A DNA stretch of 62,291 bases, counting the filler. It is 2 parts of 2 records of this genome, joined end to end, with 100 filler letters (N's around TTAATTAATTAA, not from the genome) between each part and the next. Parts side by side here need not be neighbours in the genome. Positions count along the whole stretch, not along the records: positions 1 to 30,494 come from SRR31156797_119; positions 30,595 to 62,291 come from SRR31156797_120. The stretch is one strand, 5' to 3'. Shown here one piece after another: positions 28,653-37,676 of the stretch. Position 1 is the first letter of the stretch; each line of letters starts with the position of its first letter. The notes under the pieces were generated by a model, which saw only the letters and a program-made list of their open reading frames with translations, was not told where the DNA came from and searched no databases. The position numbers and the translations under genes were made by a program.

Positions 28653-29424
28653 GAACTGATTTCACTCCTTTCTGATATATTCCTAAACATATTAGTATTG
28701 TAATAATTAACCACAATAATTGCATTGATATTGTAGTGACTGCATGAGTGGTATTAAAATTAACAAATATCTTTGCTGGTCCCCATGATATATATGAAAA
28801 TGGTAAGAATTTCAGTATATACTGCATCCAGTTTGGGAAAAATTCTATTGGAATAAATGTTCCAAGCATTAGTGTAAGCTTTGAGTAGATGAAGAAAAAA
28901 GGTCTGTTTTCCTCAACGAAGAATGCAAGGAGTCCAATTGTCATTAACATAAAGAATCGTAAAACCAAAGCCAGCAGTAGCGAAAATATAAAAAATGGTA
29001 TCATCAGTAAATTATCTATTGATGGAACTCCTACTAATATTGTTCCCAACATTCCACCTATGATGATATACAATATCAGTTTTATAAATGATGCTCCCAT
29101 GGTATTTGAAAATACATACATTACATAGCTGTAGGGCCTGCCTAGCTGATATGCGATTGCACCGCTTTTAATATCCTCGGACATTTCATAAAGAGTAAAT
29201 GTACCAATACTTAGAACAATAATTTCTGTTAAACAGACATACCATATCATTTGATTATATGTGTAGCCAGCAATGGTATCATCTTGGTATATCACACCCC
29301 AGAGCAGAAAAAACACATAGATAAAAAGAGAATACATTATTATGCCGCCTAGGAGATTTTTCCTGTAATAGAGCGCATTACGCATTGATATGCTGAATGT
29401 AGTTAAATATTTTTTTATATTCAT
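28636..29424 (-). CDS. ABC-2 family permease (DUF990-type)
   Basis: DIKSGAIAYQLGRP, PIEFFP, C-terminal VHGG. Confidence 0.85.
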   Translation of the reverse strand: MNIKKYLTTFSISMRNALYYRKNLLGGIIMYSLFIYVFFLLWGVIYQDDTIAGYTYNQMIWYVCLTEIIVLSIGTFTLYEMSEDIKSGAIAYQLGRPYSYVMYVFSNTMGASFIKLILYIIIGGMLGTILVGVPSIDNLLMIPFFIFSLLLALVLRFFMLMTIGLLAFFVEENRPFFFIYSKLTLMLGTFIPIEFFPNWMQYILKFLPFSYISWGPAKIFVNFNTTHAVTTISMQLLWLIITILICLGIYQKGVKSVHVHGG

Positions 29425-30413
29425 GCTTTTTTCTCTCCTGTTTTCTTGAATATCTCAAGTATTATCTCTTCCATAGGAGGATCAGTTATTGTAATGTCTG
29501 CTAAGTTACCGTCTTTGCTAAGCATGGATACTACATTGTTTATTGGGATGATATCAGTATCTACATGGATTGATACACCATAATCACTAGCTTTAATAAT
29601 ATTGACTCCATCAATATCAATTGGTATATACTTTTCATTGAAACGAGCAGATATAATCTTTCTGCGCAGATAATCATATTTAAGGTCTTTAACGGACTCA
29701 TCAAGTACGATGTTACCATGGTCGATAACCATTGCACGTTTGCATATCTTTTCGATATCACCAGCATCATGGCTGGTCAAGAAAATCGTTGTATCATATT
29801 CTTTGTTAATGTGAAGTATTAATTCCCGTATTTTCTGCTTAACTACTACATCTAATCCAATAGTTGGTTCATCTAGAAATAAGATTTTTGGCTGATGCAA
29901 AAGTGATGCGGCGATTTCACAGCGTACTCTCTGCCCTAATGATAGCTTTCTTACAGGTATTTTTAGCAAATTACCAATATCAAATATTTGCGTTAGGTAA
30001 TCCAATCTTTTTTTGTATTCATTTGAAGGCACTTCGTAAATATCTCCAAGCAGACGAAAGCTGTCAGTAGGAGGCAGGTGAAACCAAAGCTGTGATTTTT
30101 GTCCGAACACTGTTCCGATATGTTCTGCAAGCTGACGACGCTTTTTGACTGGGTTTAGCCCCAAAACTTGTATACTTCCACTGCTAGGGTGCAGAATACC
30201 TGTCAACATTTTGATAGTCGTGGATTTGCCAGCACCATTTGGTCCGATAAAAGCCATAATTTCACCAGATTTGACCTTGAATGAAATATCTTTTACAGCA
30301 TCTACATGAGAATACTGCGGCTTAACCATAGACTGTATACTTTGCTTAATGCCTTCGCCTTTTGTTTTGGTTGTAAATGTCTTTGTTAAATTTTCCACCT
30401 CTATACAGTACAT
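29421..30413 (-). CDS. ABC-2 exporter ATP-binding protein (TnrB/NatA-like)
   Basis: GPNGAGKST, VFGQKSQLW, LSLGQR, LDEPTIGLD. Confidence 0.92.
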   Translation of the reverse strand: MYCIEVENLTKTFTTKTKGEGIKQSIQSMVKPQYSHVDAVKDISFKVKSGEIMAFIGPNGAGKSTTIKMLTGILHPSSGSIQVLGLNPVKKRRQLAEHIGTVFGQKSQLWFHLPPTDSFRLLGDIYEVPSNEYKKRLDYLTQIFDIGNLLKIPVRKLSLGQRVRCEIAASLLHQPKILFLDEPTIGLDVVVKQKIRELILHINKEYDTTIFLTSHDAGDIEKICKRAMVIDHGNIVLDESVKDLKYDYLRRKIISARFNEKYIPIDIDGVNIIKASDYGVSIHVDTDIIPINNVVSMLSKDGNLADITITDPPMEEIILEIFKKTGEKKA

Positions 30414-30437
30414 TTTAAGCTCCTTAAAAATTTATAC

Positions 30438-30486
30438 AAAAAAAGCCCGGAGAAAAGAGCCATCAGGACTCCTTTCTCGGGCTTTT
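30438..30486 (-). terminator. Intrinsic terminator/attenuator upstream of ABC-2 operon
   Basis: Minus strand AAAAGCCCGAGAAAGGAG..CTCTTTTCTCCGGGCTTTTTTT, 24 nt before ATG. Confidence 0.7.
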
Positions 30487-30494
30487 ATCCCGAA

Positions 30495-30594
30495 NNNNNN
30501 NNNNNNNNNNNNNNNNNNNNNNNNNNNNNNNNNNNNNNTTAATTAATTAANNNNNNNNNNNNNNNNNNNNNNNNNNNNNNNNNNNNNNNNNNNN
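30495..30594. other. Artificial contig-joining spacer
   Basis: N44-TTAATTAATTAA-N44; the linker gives stops in all six frames; gene content changes phylum across it. Confidence 0.97.
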
Positions 30595-30595
30595 A

Positions 30596-30832
30596 CTTGG
30601 AATTGACCCAATTCACTTTGGTATTTTAATTACAGTTAATATGGAGCTTGGAATGGTATCCCCACCAGTCGGACTGAACCTGTTTGTTACATCAGGTCTT
30701 ACTGGAATGAGTATCAAAGATGTAATTGTGGCGGCTTGGCCTTGGACATTAACAATCCTTGTTGGTCTAATAGCAATCACTTATATTCCAGAGATTTCAT
30801 TATTCCTACCAAATTTAATGTATGGAAGCTAA
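30596..30832 (+). CDS. dctM: 3' end of TRAP transporter large permease DctM (partial)
   Basis: LGIDPIHFGILITVNMELGMVSPPVGLNLFV...YIPEISLFLP. Confidence 0.92.
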   Translation, partial: LGIDPIHFGILITVNMELGMVSPPVGLNLFVTSGLTGMSIKDVIVAAWPWTLTILVGLIAITYIPEISLFLPNLMYGS

Positions 30833-30845
30833 TTAAATTAAGACA

Positions 30846-30880
30846 TTCGATTATATGGGAATTGAGCCCATATAATCGAA
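30846..30880. terminator. Perfect 14-bp stem hairpin after dctM
   Basis: TTCGATTATATGGG-N7-CCCATATAATCGAA. Confidence 0.7.
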
Positions 30881-30948
30881 ACTCTCAACAAATAAATTTC
30901 ACAAAAACTTTACTACAATTTGTCAAAATATACTCTTTTTGACAACAT

Positions 30949-31003
30949 TTTACTGCACACTTTACTGCACACATCTAAAAAACTGTAATAAAAAACTGCA
31001 CAC
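30949..31003. repeat. Three ACTGCACAC direct repeats
   Basis: TTTACTGCACAC twice in tandem (30949-30972) and a third copy ending at 31003. Confidence 0.7.
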
Positions 31004-31270
31004 CATTTTAAACTATTTTGATTTTACTTTTTCATTTTGATATAATAATTAAAACAGTTAAAAGTGAAGCATCCATACTTTTATTAAACAGTTCAAGTGT
31101 AGGAGATTTTGAACTGGCTGTATTTCACTTAATTCCATATGTACTATCAAAATAACTTTTTAAACTTCTACAAACTTTAAATTTATATGTTAGTAATATT
31201 AAATATTTATAATTTTAATAAGTAATCTAAAATATATTTTGGTATTATAAAAAAAACAAGAATAAGAAAA

Positions 31271-32035
31271 ATGGCAGAAGAAAGAAAAGCAAGATACAGA
31301 GATATGTCTGAAGGATTATTAAGGCAAAGAAGAAATTTACTTATAATTTCAATTTTATTGCCTTTTATAATAACTAGTGGCGCGACAATCGAAGATATTA
31401 ATTTATTTGGAACAAAAATTAAAATTGAGAATCCTATAATTATAAATTATTCTTTATACATAATATTTTTTTATTTCCTATTAAGATATTGGCAATACTA
31501 TAAAGATGAAAGTTTTGTCAAAGACATACCAAGACTAAAAAATGAGCATATTTATTATTTAGAATATTCTTTTTTACATAAAAAAGCTAAAAAAGTATTA
31601 GATTTTATTGACTCTAGAAATATTCAAATAATACTAGGCAATCCTTTATACTCTTCTTCAAGTGGTTGGTATACTCATCTTCCAAAAAGTAAAGATATTT
31701 ATTTATTTCCATTTTATCTAAAAACAAAATTTTATTTTAGAATGGTTTCTGACATAGATTGTTTAAATGGGAAAAAAGATAGTACAGATGAAGAGATAAA
31801 TGAGATTACTCATAAATTAAAAAGTAATAAACAATTTGAATATATTCCGTCAGAAAATGGAGAACCTTTACATTTTATTGGTAAAATAGAATACAATTTA
31901 TTTCTATTTATTATATTTAGATTTATAGGATATATGAGATTTATTTTTCAAGAATCATATTTTACAGACTACATTTTACCTTTTTTAATTTCATTTATTG
32001 CGATTATAATATGCATATTGTTTCACTTTTTATAG
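31271..32035 (+). CDS. Hypothetical membrane protein (about 3-4 TM)
   Basis: 254-aa AT-rich ORF; two N-terminal and C-terminal hydrophobic segments. Confidence 0.75.
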   Translation: MAEERKARYRDMSEGLLRQRRNLLIISILLPFIITSGATIEDINLFGTKIKIENPIIINYSLYIIFFYFLLRYWQYYKDESFVKDIPRLKNEHIYYLEYSFLHKKAKKVLDFIDSRNIQIILGNPLYSSSSGWYTHLPKSKDIYLFPFYLKTKFYFRMVSDIDCLNGKKDSTDEEINEITHKLKSNKQFEYIPSENGEPLHFIGKIEYNLFLFIIFRFIGYMRFIFQESYFTDYILPFLISFIAIIICILFHFL

Positions 32036-32296
32036 TAGAAATAAATATATCGAATTAATATTATATGTATAAATATTTATACCATAAATCTTTTTCTCTT
32101 TACAAAATAGTTAATGCTATTAAAATTTTTACTATTGTAAGAAATAAAATATTAAGATAAGTTAAGATTCTTCTTCCTTTTGACTTTAAAACACAACATC
32201 TACTATTTTATATACATAACTTACTTTTCAAACTAACTATACTTTAACTTACAAATGATAAAATCTTAAAAATTATTTTTTAATAAAGGACAAAAA

Positions 32297-33238
32297 ATGC
32301 TCACTACTAAAATTGGTGTAATTGGAGCAGGAAATGTTGGTGCTGCAATAGTAAATGCCTTAGTTCTTAGAAATATAGGAAAAGAGATAGTTTTATTTAA
32401 TAGAGATTTAAATAAGGCTATTGCTGAAGCTATGGATATCGATGATACAGTGCCTTTATTATCAGAGATGCAAGTAAAAGCTACAAATAATTATGAAGAT
32501 TTAAAAGAGTGTTCTATTATCGCTATAACAGTGGGAGCTAGACAAAAAGATGGAGAAACAAGGTTAGAGCTTCTTGAAAGAAATGCAAGAATAATTGAAG
32601 ATGTTGTAAAACAACTTGATATTCATGCACCAAACTCTGTTTTACTTATAGTTTCAAATCCAGTAGATATCTTAACAAGAGTTGCTCAAAATGCAAGCGT
32701 AAGAGAAAATCACAAAATATTTGGTTCAGGTACTGTTTTAGATACTTCAAGACTTCGATATCAAGTTGGAAAAGAGTTAAATATAAATAGAAAAAATATC
32801 CATGTCCATGTAATAGGTGAACATGGAGACAGTGAATTTGCTGTTTGGTCAAATGCAATTATTGGGCTTATTAAACTCGAAGAATATCCCTTAAATGAAA
32901 ATCAAAAACTTGAAGAGTTAAAAGAAAGAACTATAAATATAGTTAAAAAAAGAGCATATGAAATCATACAAAGAAAAGGTTATACAAACTTTGGGGTTGC
33001 TGTTGCTGTTGCAAAACTGATTCAATGTGTTATTAGAGATGAAAAAAAGATATTTTCAGTCTCTGTTGAAGCTTTAAAAGAATACAACCTATTAGAAGAT
33101 ACTGTTCTTAGTCTTCCTTGTGTTGTTGGTAAAATGGGTGTTGAGAATAGACTAAATCTTACTTTGAATAATGAAGAAAAAATTAAACTAAGTGAAGCAG
33201 CTACTAGTTTAGATAAGGCATATTCAAGTATAAAATGA
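32297..33238 (+). CDS. ldh: NAD-dependent L-lactate dehydrogenase
   Basis: GAGNVG, GARQKDGETRL (Gln specificity residue), SNPVD, GSGTVLDTSRLR, GEHGDS. Confidence 0.88.
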   Translation: MLTTKIGVIGAGNVGAAIVNALVLRNIGKEIVLFNRDLNKAIAEAMDIDDTVPLLSEMQVKATNNYEDLKECSIIAITVGARQKDGETRLELLERNARIIEDVVKQLDIHAPNSVLLIVSNPVDILTRVAQNASVRENHKIFGSGTVLDTSRLRYQVGKELNINRKNIHVHVIGEHGDSEFAVWSNAIIGLIKLEEYPLNENQKLEELKERTINIVKKRAYEIIQRKGYTNFGVAVAVAKLIQCVIRDEKKIFSVSVEALKEYNLLEDTVLSLPCVVGKMGVENRLNLTLNNEEKIKLSEAATSLDKAYSSIK

Positions 33239-33320
33239 AAACTTTAGTATAGACATCAAAGAAACAACAAAATTCGCAAATATTAACTTGATGTCCATAA
33301 CAAAATATTCATATAGCAGC

Positions 33321-33779
33321 TTATGCTGCTATACTTTTGTTAAATCTTTTTCTTTTGTAAAAAGATAAAATAAGTGCACTAAAAGTAAAAAAGAGTGAAA
33401 GAAATAGTGTCAAATAAAAAGGGATATTTATATTTGCAAATAAACCTTTCTTTTCTACAAAACCACCTTGTGGTTTTATATTCCCCTCTTTTGTTACTCT
33501 ATGCCCTTGTCCTGCGTCTAAAACTATAATATATGGTTCAGTAGGAACTTTTATAGTTATACTTCCAGAAGAAGGAACTCTTTGTTTAAATAAAACTTCT
33601 GATGAGGCTTTAGATTCTATAATTACCATTGCACCTTGTGCTGTTTGTCCTGTACTAAATCCACCCATAACATCCATTGTTCCATCTTCATTATCAAAGT
33701 CAGTGATTAATAAAGTGTGGGCAAATAAACTACAAGAAAAAGACAATATTGTTAGTAGATAAAAAAGACTTTTTTTCAT
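33321..33779 (-). CDS. Exported protein with C-terminal TM anchor (iron-uptake cluster accessory)
   Basis: Signal peptide ending LFA-H; LDAGQGH; C-terminal TM and basic tail. Confidence 0.75.
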   Translation of the reverse strand: MKKSLFYLLTILSFSCSLFAHTLLITDFDNEDGTMDVMGGFSTGQTAQGAMVIIESKASSEVLFKQRVPSSGSITIKVPTEPYIIVLDAGQGHRVTKEGNIKPQGGFVEKKGLFANINIPFYLTLFLSLFFTFSALILSFYKRKRFNKSIAA

Positions 33780-33780
33780 A

Positions 33781-35319
33781 TTATAATCCTTTGAATTTAT
33801 CTAAAAATTTAATATTTGAAATATTAAAAACAAATACAAGTGATACTAAACCAAATAAAATCAATGAAAAATCTATCCAAAAAATCTCAGTAGAATTTTT
33901 TGAAAAACTATCCCATAAATAATAGTTAGTTTTAACTTCATGCATAAGCACTCCAATAAAAAGAAAGAGTGCATTTAAAAACATAAAGAGCTTTAAACTT
34001 TTTAAAAAATCATTTTGCCAAACACTATAAAAAAGTAAAAAACTCCAAAAAGAGAAAAACAAACCTACAAGCCAAGTTTCTCTTTGTAAAGTATCAAATG
34101 GTATTGTCCAATACAATGCGATTAGGAATGTACTTGCAGGAACTATTCCAATGCAAACAGCAATTGTAAGTTTTGATACAAAATGATAATAATTTTTATT
34201 TCCTTTGTATTTTCCTGCAATTTTTTCCAACCAAATCAATAAACCAAAAACTAAACAAATACCAAAAGCAACACCTAATACAAGATATATAAGCCTCATA
34301 ACAATCCCTTCATCAGGTAAAAAATGGAAAAAATAAAGTCCGGACAAAACTTTACTTATACCATGGGTTTCTTCTAAACCTTTTTTACTTACAAACTCTC
34401 CATTGGCACCATTAAAAATAATATTTGCTCTGTTTACTTTTCCTGTTAGGATTCTATTATCTTTTAAATATCCACTAAATACAATTTTGGCATTTTTGTC
34501 ATACCATTTATGTAAGTTGATTGTTGTAATATTTAAATTTGGATACATCTTTGAAGCGTTATCATACATCTTGGAAAAACTTTCCATAGGTACTTTTTCT
34601 TCACTTTTTTTAACTCTAATTTGTGCAGGGAAAATAATAGGTCTAACAAGTTTTGATAAAACTGTTTGTTCATTGTTTGTAGCACTTAAAACAAAAGGTG
34701 TAGAATGACCCAACATAAAACCTAACATTGCCCCTGTAATTGCAAATATCATAATATAGGGAAAAATAATAAGTGAAATATCTTTGTGCCATCTAAACCA
34801 AGTATTTTTTACTTTTACTCTTTTTTTTCTATTTAAAAGCCAAAGATAAATACCAGTTATTGTTAAAAATATTATTGAGATTGATGACAGTCCCATAATA
34901 ATTTGACCAAACATAGACATTCTAAGGTTTACATGAATCTTATCAAAAAAGATACTTAAAAAGTTTGTTTCATCTTTTGTATCTAATATTTCATTTGTAT
35001 ATGGATTTAAAAATACTTTTTGTGAGAATCCAAATTTTGCAGAAAAAGTATCATCTTTTGCTGAGGGTAAATCTATTTGAATCCTATCATCAGGATCACC
35101 TAACTCACTTAGTAATTTAGGAATAGTTTCATCTAAATTTAGTTTTATTTCACCAAGTTTTTCAAAATGTTTAGCTGGACTTTCCCAAGTTTCAATATAA
35201 GGTTTAAAAACTGTAATTGTCCCAAAAAATGTAGAAATAAAAAAGAAGAAGATTACAAATATTCCTAAAATAGTATGTGCTCTTATTAAATATTTTAAAT
35301 ATGTATTATCAAGTGTCAT
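33781..35319 (-). CDS. PepSY-associated TM protein (putative ferric-siderophore reductase)
   Basis: AHTILG, KIH, TGIYLW, WHK, FFHF heme-His pattern; ATG 35319. Confidence 0.85.
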   Translation of the reverse strand: MTLDNTYLKYLIRAHTILGIFVIFFFFISTFFGTITVFKPYIETWESPAKHFEKLGEIKLNLDETIPKLLSELGDPDDRIQIDLPSAKDDTFSAKFGFSQKVFLNPYTNEILDTKDETNFLSIFFDKIHVNLRMSMFGQIIMGLSSISIIFLTITGIYLWLLNRKKRVKVKNTWFRWHKDISLIIFPYIMIFAITGAMLGFMLGHSTPFVLSATNNEQTVLSKLVRPIIFPAQIRVKKSEEKVPMESFSKMYDNASKMYPNLNITTINLHKWYDKNAKIVFSGYLKDNRILTGKVNRANIIFNGANGEFVSKKGLEETHGISKVLSGLYFFHFLPDEGIVMRLIYLVLGVAFGICLVFGLLIWLEKIAGKYKGNKNYYHFVSKLTIAVCIGIVPASTFLIALYWTIPFDTLQRETWLVGLFFSFWSFLLFYSVWQNDFLKSLKLFMFLNALFLFIGVLMHEVKTNYYLWDSFSKNSTEIFWIDFSLILFGLVSLVFVFNISNIKFLDKFKGL

Positions 35320-35609
35320 CAAAAAACCTTTAATAAAAGTAAACAAAGTATTGAGATAACAATAATTTTATTTATGGCTAGAATCATTTTTTTTGAAAAT
35401 AAAATCCACATTGCATAAATACTTATAACAAGAGGCGTAAGAATTATAGAGGGCATAATTTTTATAGCATAATCACCTGGGATAAATTTTGTATATACCA
35501 TCATTGTAAGATATGATAAAAGAAAGGAACCAAAAATAACTAATATCCCATGAGTCCAGCCAATTTTTGACTTAGACTCATATAGATAGTTTTTCAACTT
35601 CAGAAACAT
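35319..35609 (-). CDS. Small 3-TM iron-uptake accessory protein
   Basis: 96 aa, hydrophobic; lies between receptor and PepSY gene. Confidence 0.7.
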   Translation of the reverse strand: MFLKLKNYLYESKSKIGWTHGILVIFGSFLLSYLTMMVYTKFIPGDYAIKIMPSIILTPLVISIYAMWILFSKKMILAINKIIVISILCLLLLKVF

Positions 35610-35618
35610 AATAATTTC

Positions 35619-37574
35619 TTAGAATTTATAAGAAACTGAGAATTTGAAACTTCTACCTGGCTCGTAATCTTCTATATTAGTACCTCTGGCAACTCTATTT
35701 TCTGAAATATGTGATACATATTCTTCGTCAAAAATATTATCTACTCCAGCAATAAAAGTAAGGTTTTTAATCGATGTTGGTTGCCACTTAACAGCTGCAT
35801 CATGAACATCATAAGATTCTTTTACATTATATCCTGCGTCAACTACATCATTCTCTTCAAACATAAAGATTGAATCCCAAGAAACAGAAAGGTTTGGTAA
35901 AATTGCATAATCTAAAGATAAACTAATACTATCACCTGGATCTTTAATATCAGCAATTCCAGTATCTTTGTATTTTGTTTCACTTCTAGAATAAGTAGTT
36001 AAAGAGTGAAGATTACCTATATCGTAAACAAAACTTGCTTCAAAACCTTTAATATCTAAATCACCAACATTAGTAAGAGTAGTTCCATCTATATAATCAT
36101 CAATTGTTGTATTAAAATATTTGAATTGAAAACCTAAAGTATCTGCACCTAAAACATTGTTATTAATATATTTAAATCCAACCTCTTTGTTTATACCTGT
36201 TTCTGATTTAATATCATCGTTTTGGTTTGTTCCACCTGTTCTAGTTGATGCTAAAACATCAACCATCTCAACACCCTTATAAAGTGTTGTAGCACTTGCC
36301 ATTAAAGTAATTGTATCAGTTAATGCATATTCAGCAGCTAATGAGTAAGTAAACTCACTATCATCTACATCAGAAATAATTCCTTCTAAATCATACATAG
36401 TGTATCTTACACCTGGCGTTACTAATAAACCATTGTTGAAATCTAAAGTATCTTCTACATATAAAACTTTTGTAATTGCTTTTTCATCATCACCATATTG
36501 AACACTATCTAAAGTAACTTCACTTGTTTGTTTATCATATGAAGCTCCATAAGTAAAAGTGTGAAACAAGCTACCCGTTTCAAGGTTAGTTTGTGCTTTT
36601 GCATTAAATCCTAAAGTTTTAACTTCACCTTTAAGAGAACCTTCTCTTCGGTAACTTCCACCTAAAGAATCTTCCTCTCTTTCTAATACATTTTTATTTG
36701 TATAAACTGTTGTATCAACTGTTGTATTTTCAAGTCTGATTTCATGTTTTAAAGTTGCAGTATCTCTAGTATATTCAGTAGGGAATGTTCCTGTTCCTGT
36801 AAATGCCATATTTGCATTATAACCCATATCAGGTCTAGGAGCATAATCACCCTCATCTACTAATCTATCATAAGAGAAAATAATTTTTTGTGTATCATCT
36901 ACTTTATAACCAAGTTTAATTAAAGTATTTTCAATTTCACCTTCATTACCAAATGTTTCAAGACCATTTGCATCTTCCCAATCACCTTTTTCAACATGGT
37001 TGTGATAAATCATGAAATCGCCATTTTCACCAATTTTACCATATGCAGCAACTGAACCACCAACACTGTCATTTGAGTTATAGTTTGCTTGGATTCTTGC
37101 TCCAAAATTTGCACCATTTTCTAATAAATCTTCACCATCTTTTGTTTCAAATGCAACGGCTCCACCAAGTCCACCATTTACAACTGAATTTGCCCCAACT
37201 TCTATTTCTGTTTTTTTCAAAATATCAGGATTGATTAAAAGGTTTCCAATATGGTGAAACATATTAGAGTTTGAAACTTTTGCACCATCAATTGTAATTT
37301 CAAGGTTTTCATCAGTTAAACCTCTAATATTAATTCTATTATTAATAGAGTGTGTTCCACCAACATCAACTCCAGGTAAATCTCTTAATAAGTCACTTAA
37401 GTGATCTGCTTGTTTTGTTTCGATTGACGATTCTCCTAAATTTAAAGAAGAACTAACAACTTCAGTATCCCATACATCTACAGAATCCATTGATTTTTTA
37501 TCATCTGCAATTAAAGATGTTGATAATAATGCAATAGATGCGATACTACTAATTAAAATTTTTCTTGTGTTCAT
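35619..37574 (-). CDS. TonB-dependent receptor (FetA/FrpB-like)
   Basis: Signal peptide; plug DLLRDLPGV..INIRG..IDG; VDNIFDEEY; terminal PGRSFKFSVSYKF. Confidence 0.92.
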   Translation of the reverse strand: MNTRKILISSIASIALLSTSLIADDKKSMDSVDVWDTEVVSSSLNLGESSIETKQADHLSDLLRDLPGVDVGGTHSINNRINIRGLTDENLEITIDGAKVSNSNMFHHIGNLLINPDILKKTEIEVGANSVVNGGLGGAVAFETKDGEDLLENGANFGARIQANYNSNDSVGGSVAAYGKIGENGDFMIYHNHVEKGDWEDANGLETFGNEGEIENTLIKLGYKVDDTQKIIFSYDRLVDEGDYAPRPDMGYNANMAFTGTGTFPTEYTRDTATLKHEIRLENTTVDTTVYTNKNVLEREEDSLGGSYRREGSLKGEVKTLGFNAKAQTNLETGSLFHTFTYGASYDKQTSEVTLDSVQYGDDEKAITKVLYVEDTLDFNNGLLVTPGVRYTMYDLEGIISDVDDSEFTYSLAAEYALTDTITLMASATTLYKGVEMVDVLASTRTGGTNQNDDIKSETGINKEVGFKYINNNVLGADTLGFQFKYFNTTIDDYIDGTTLTNVGDLDIKGFEASFVYDIGNLHSLTTYSRSETKYKDTGIADIKDPGDSISLSLDYAILPNLSVSWDSIFMFEENDVVDAGYNVKESYDVHDAAVKWQPTSIKNLTFIAGVDNIFDEEYVSHISENRVARGTNIEDYEPGRSFKFSVSYKF

Positions 37575-37627
37575 TTTTTTCCTTCGCGTGTGTTTCGAAT
37601 TATACTCACATTAAGTAAATATAATTC

Positions 37628-37671
37628 TGATAATGAGTATCATAACTAAGAGAAATCACATTGAAATCACA
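37628..37671 (-). promoter_or_regulatory. Fur box plus AATCACA direct-repeat activator site
   Basis: GATAATGAGTATCATAACT matches 14/19 of the Fur consensus; AATCACA-N4-AATCACA; 38/44 identical to 41346-41389. Confidence 0.75.
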
Positions 37672-37676
37672 AAATG

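Noticed and set aside
30349-30546. ORF running into the N gap
   Set aside because: Artefact of translating across the spacer
32152-32168. TTAAGAT direct repeat upstream of ldh
   Set aside because: Short AT-rich match with no second copy or linked regulator
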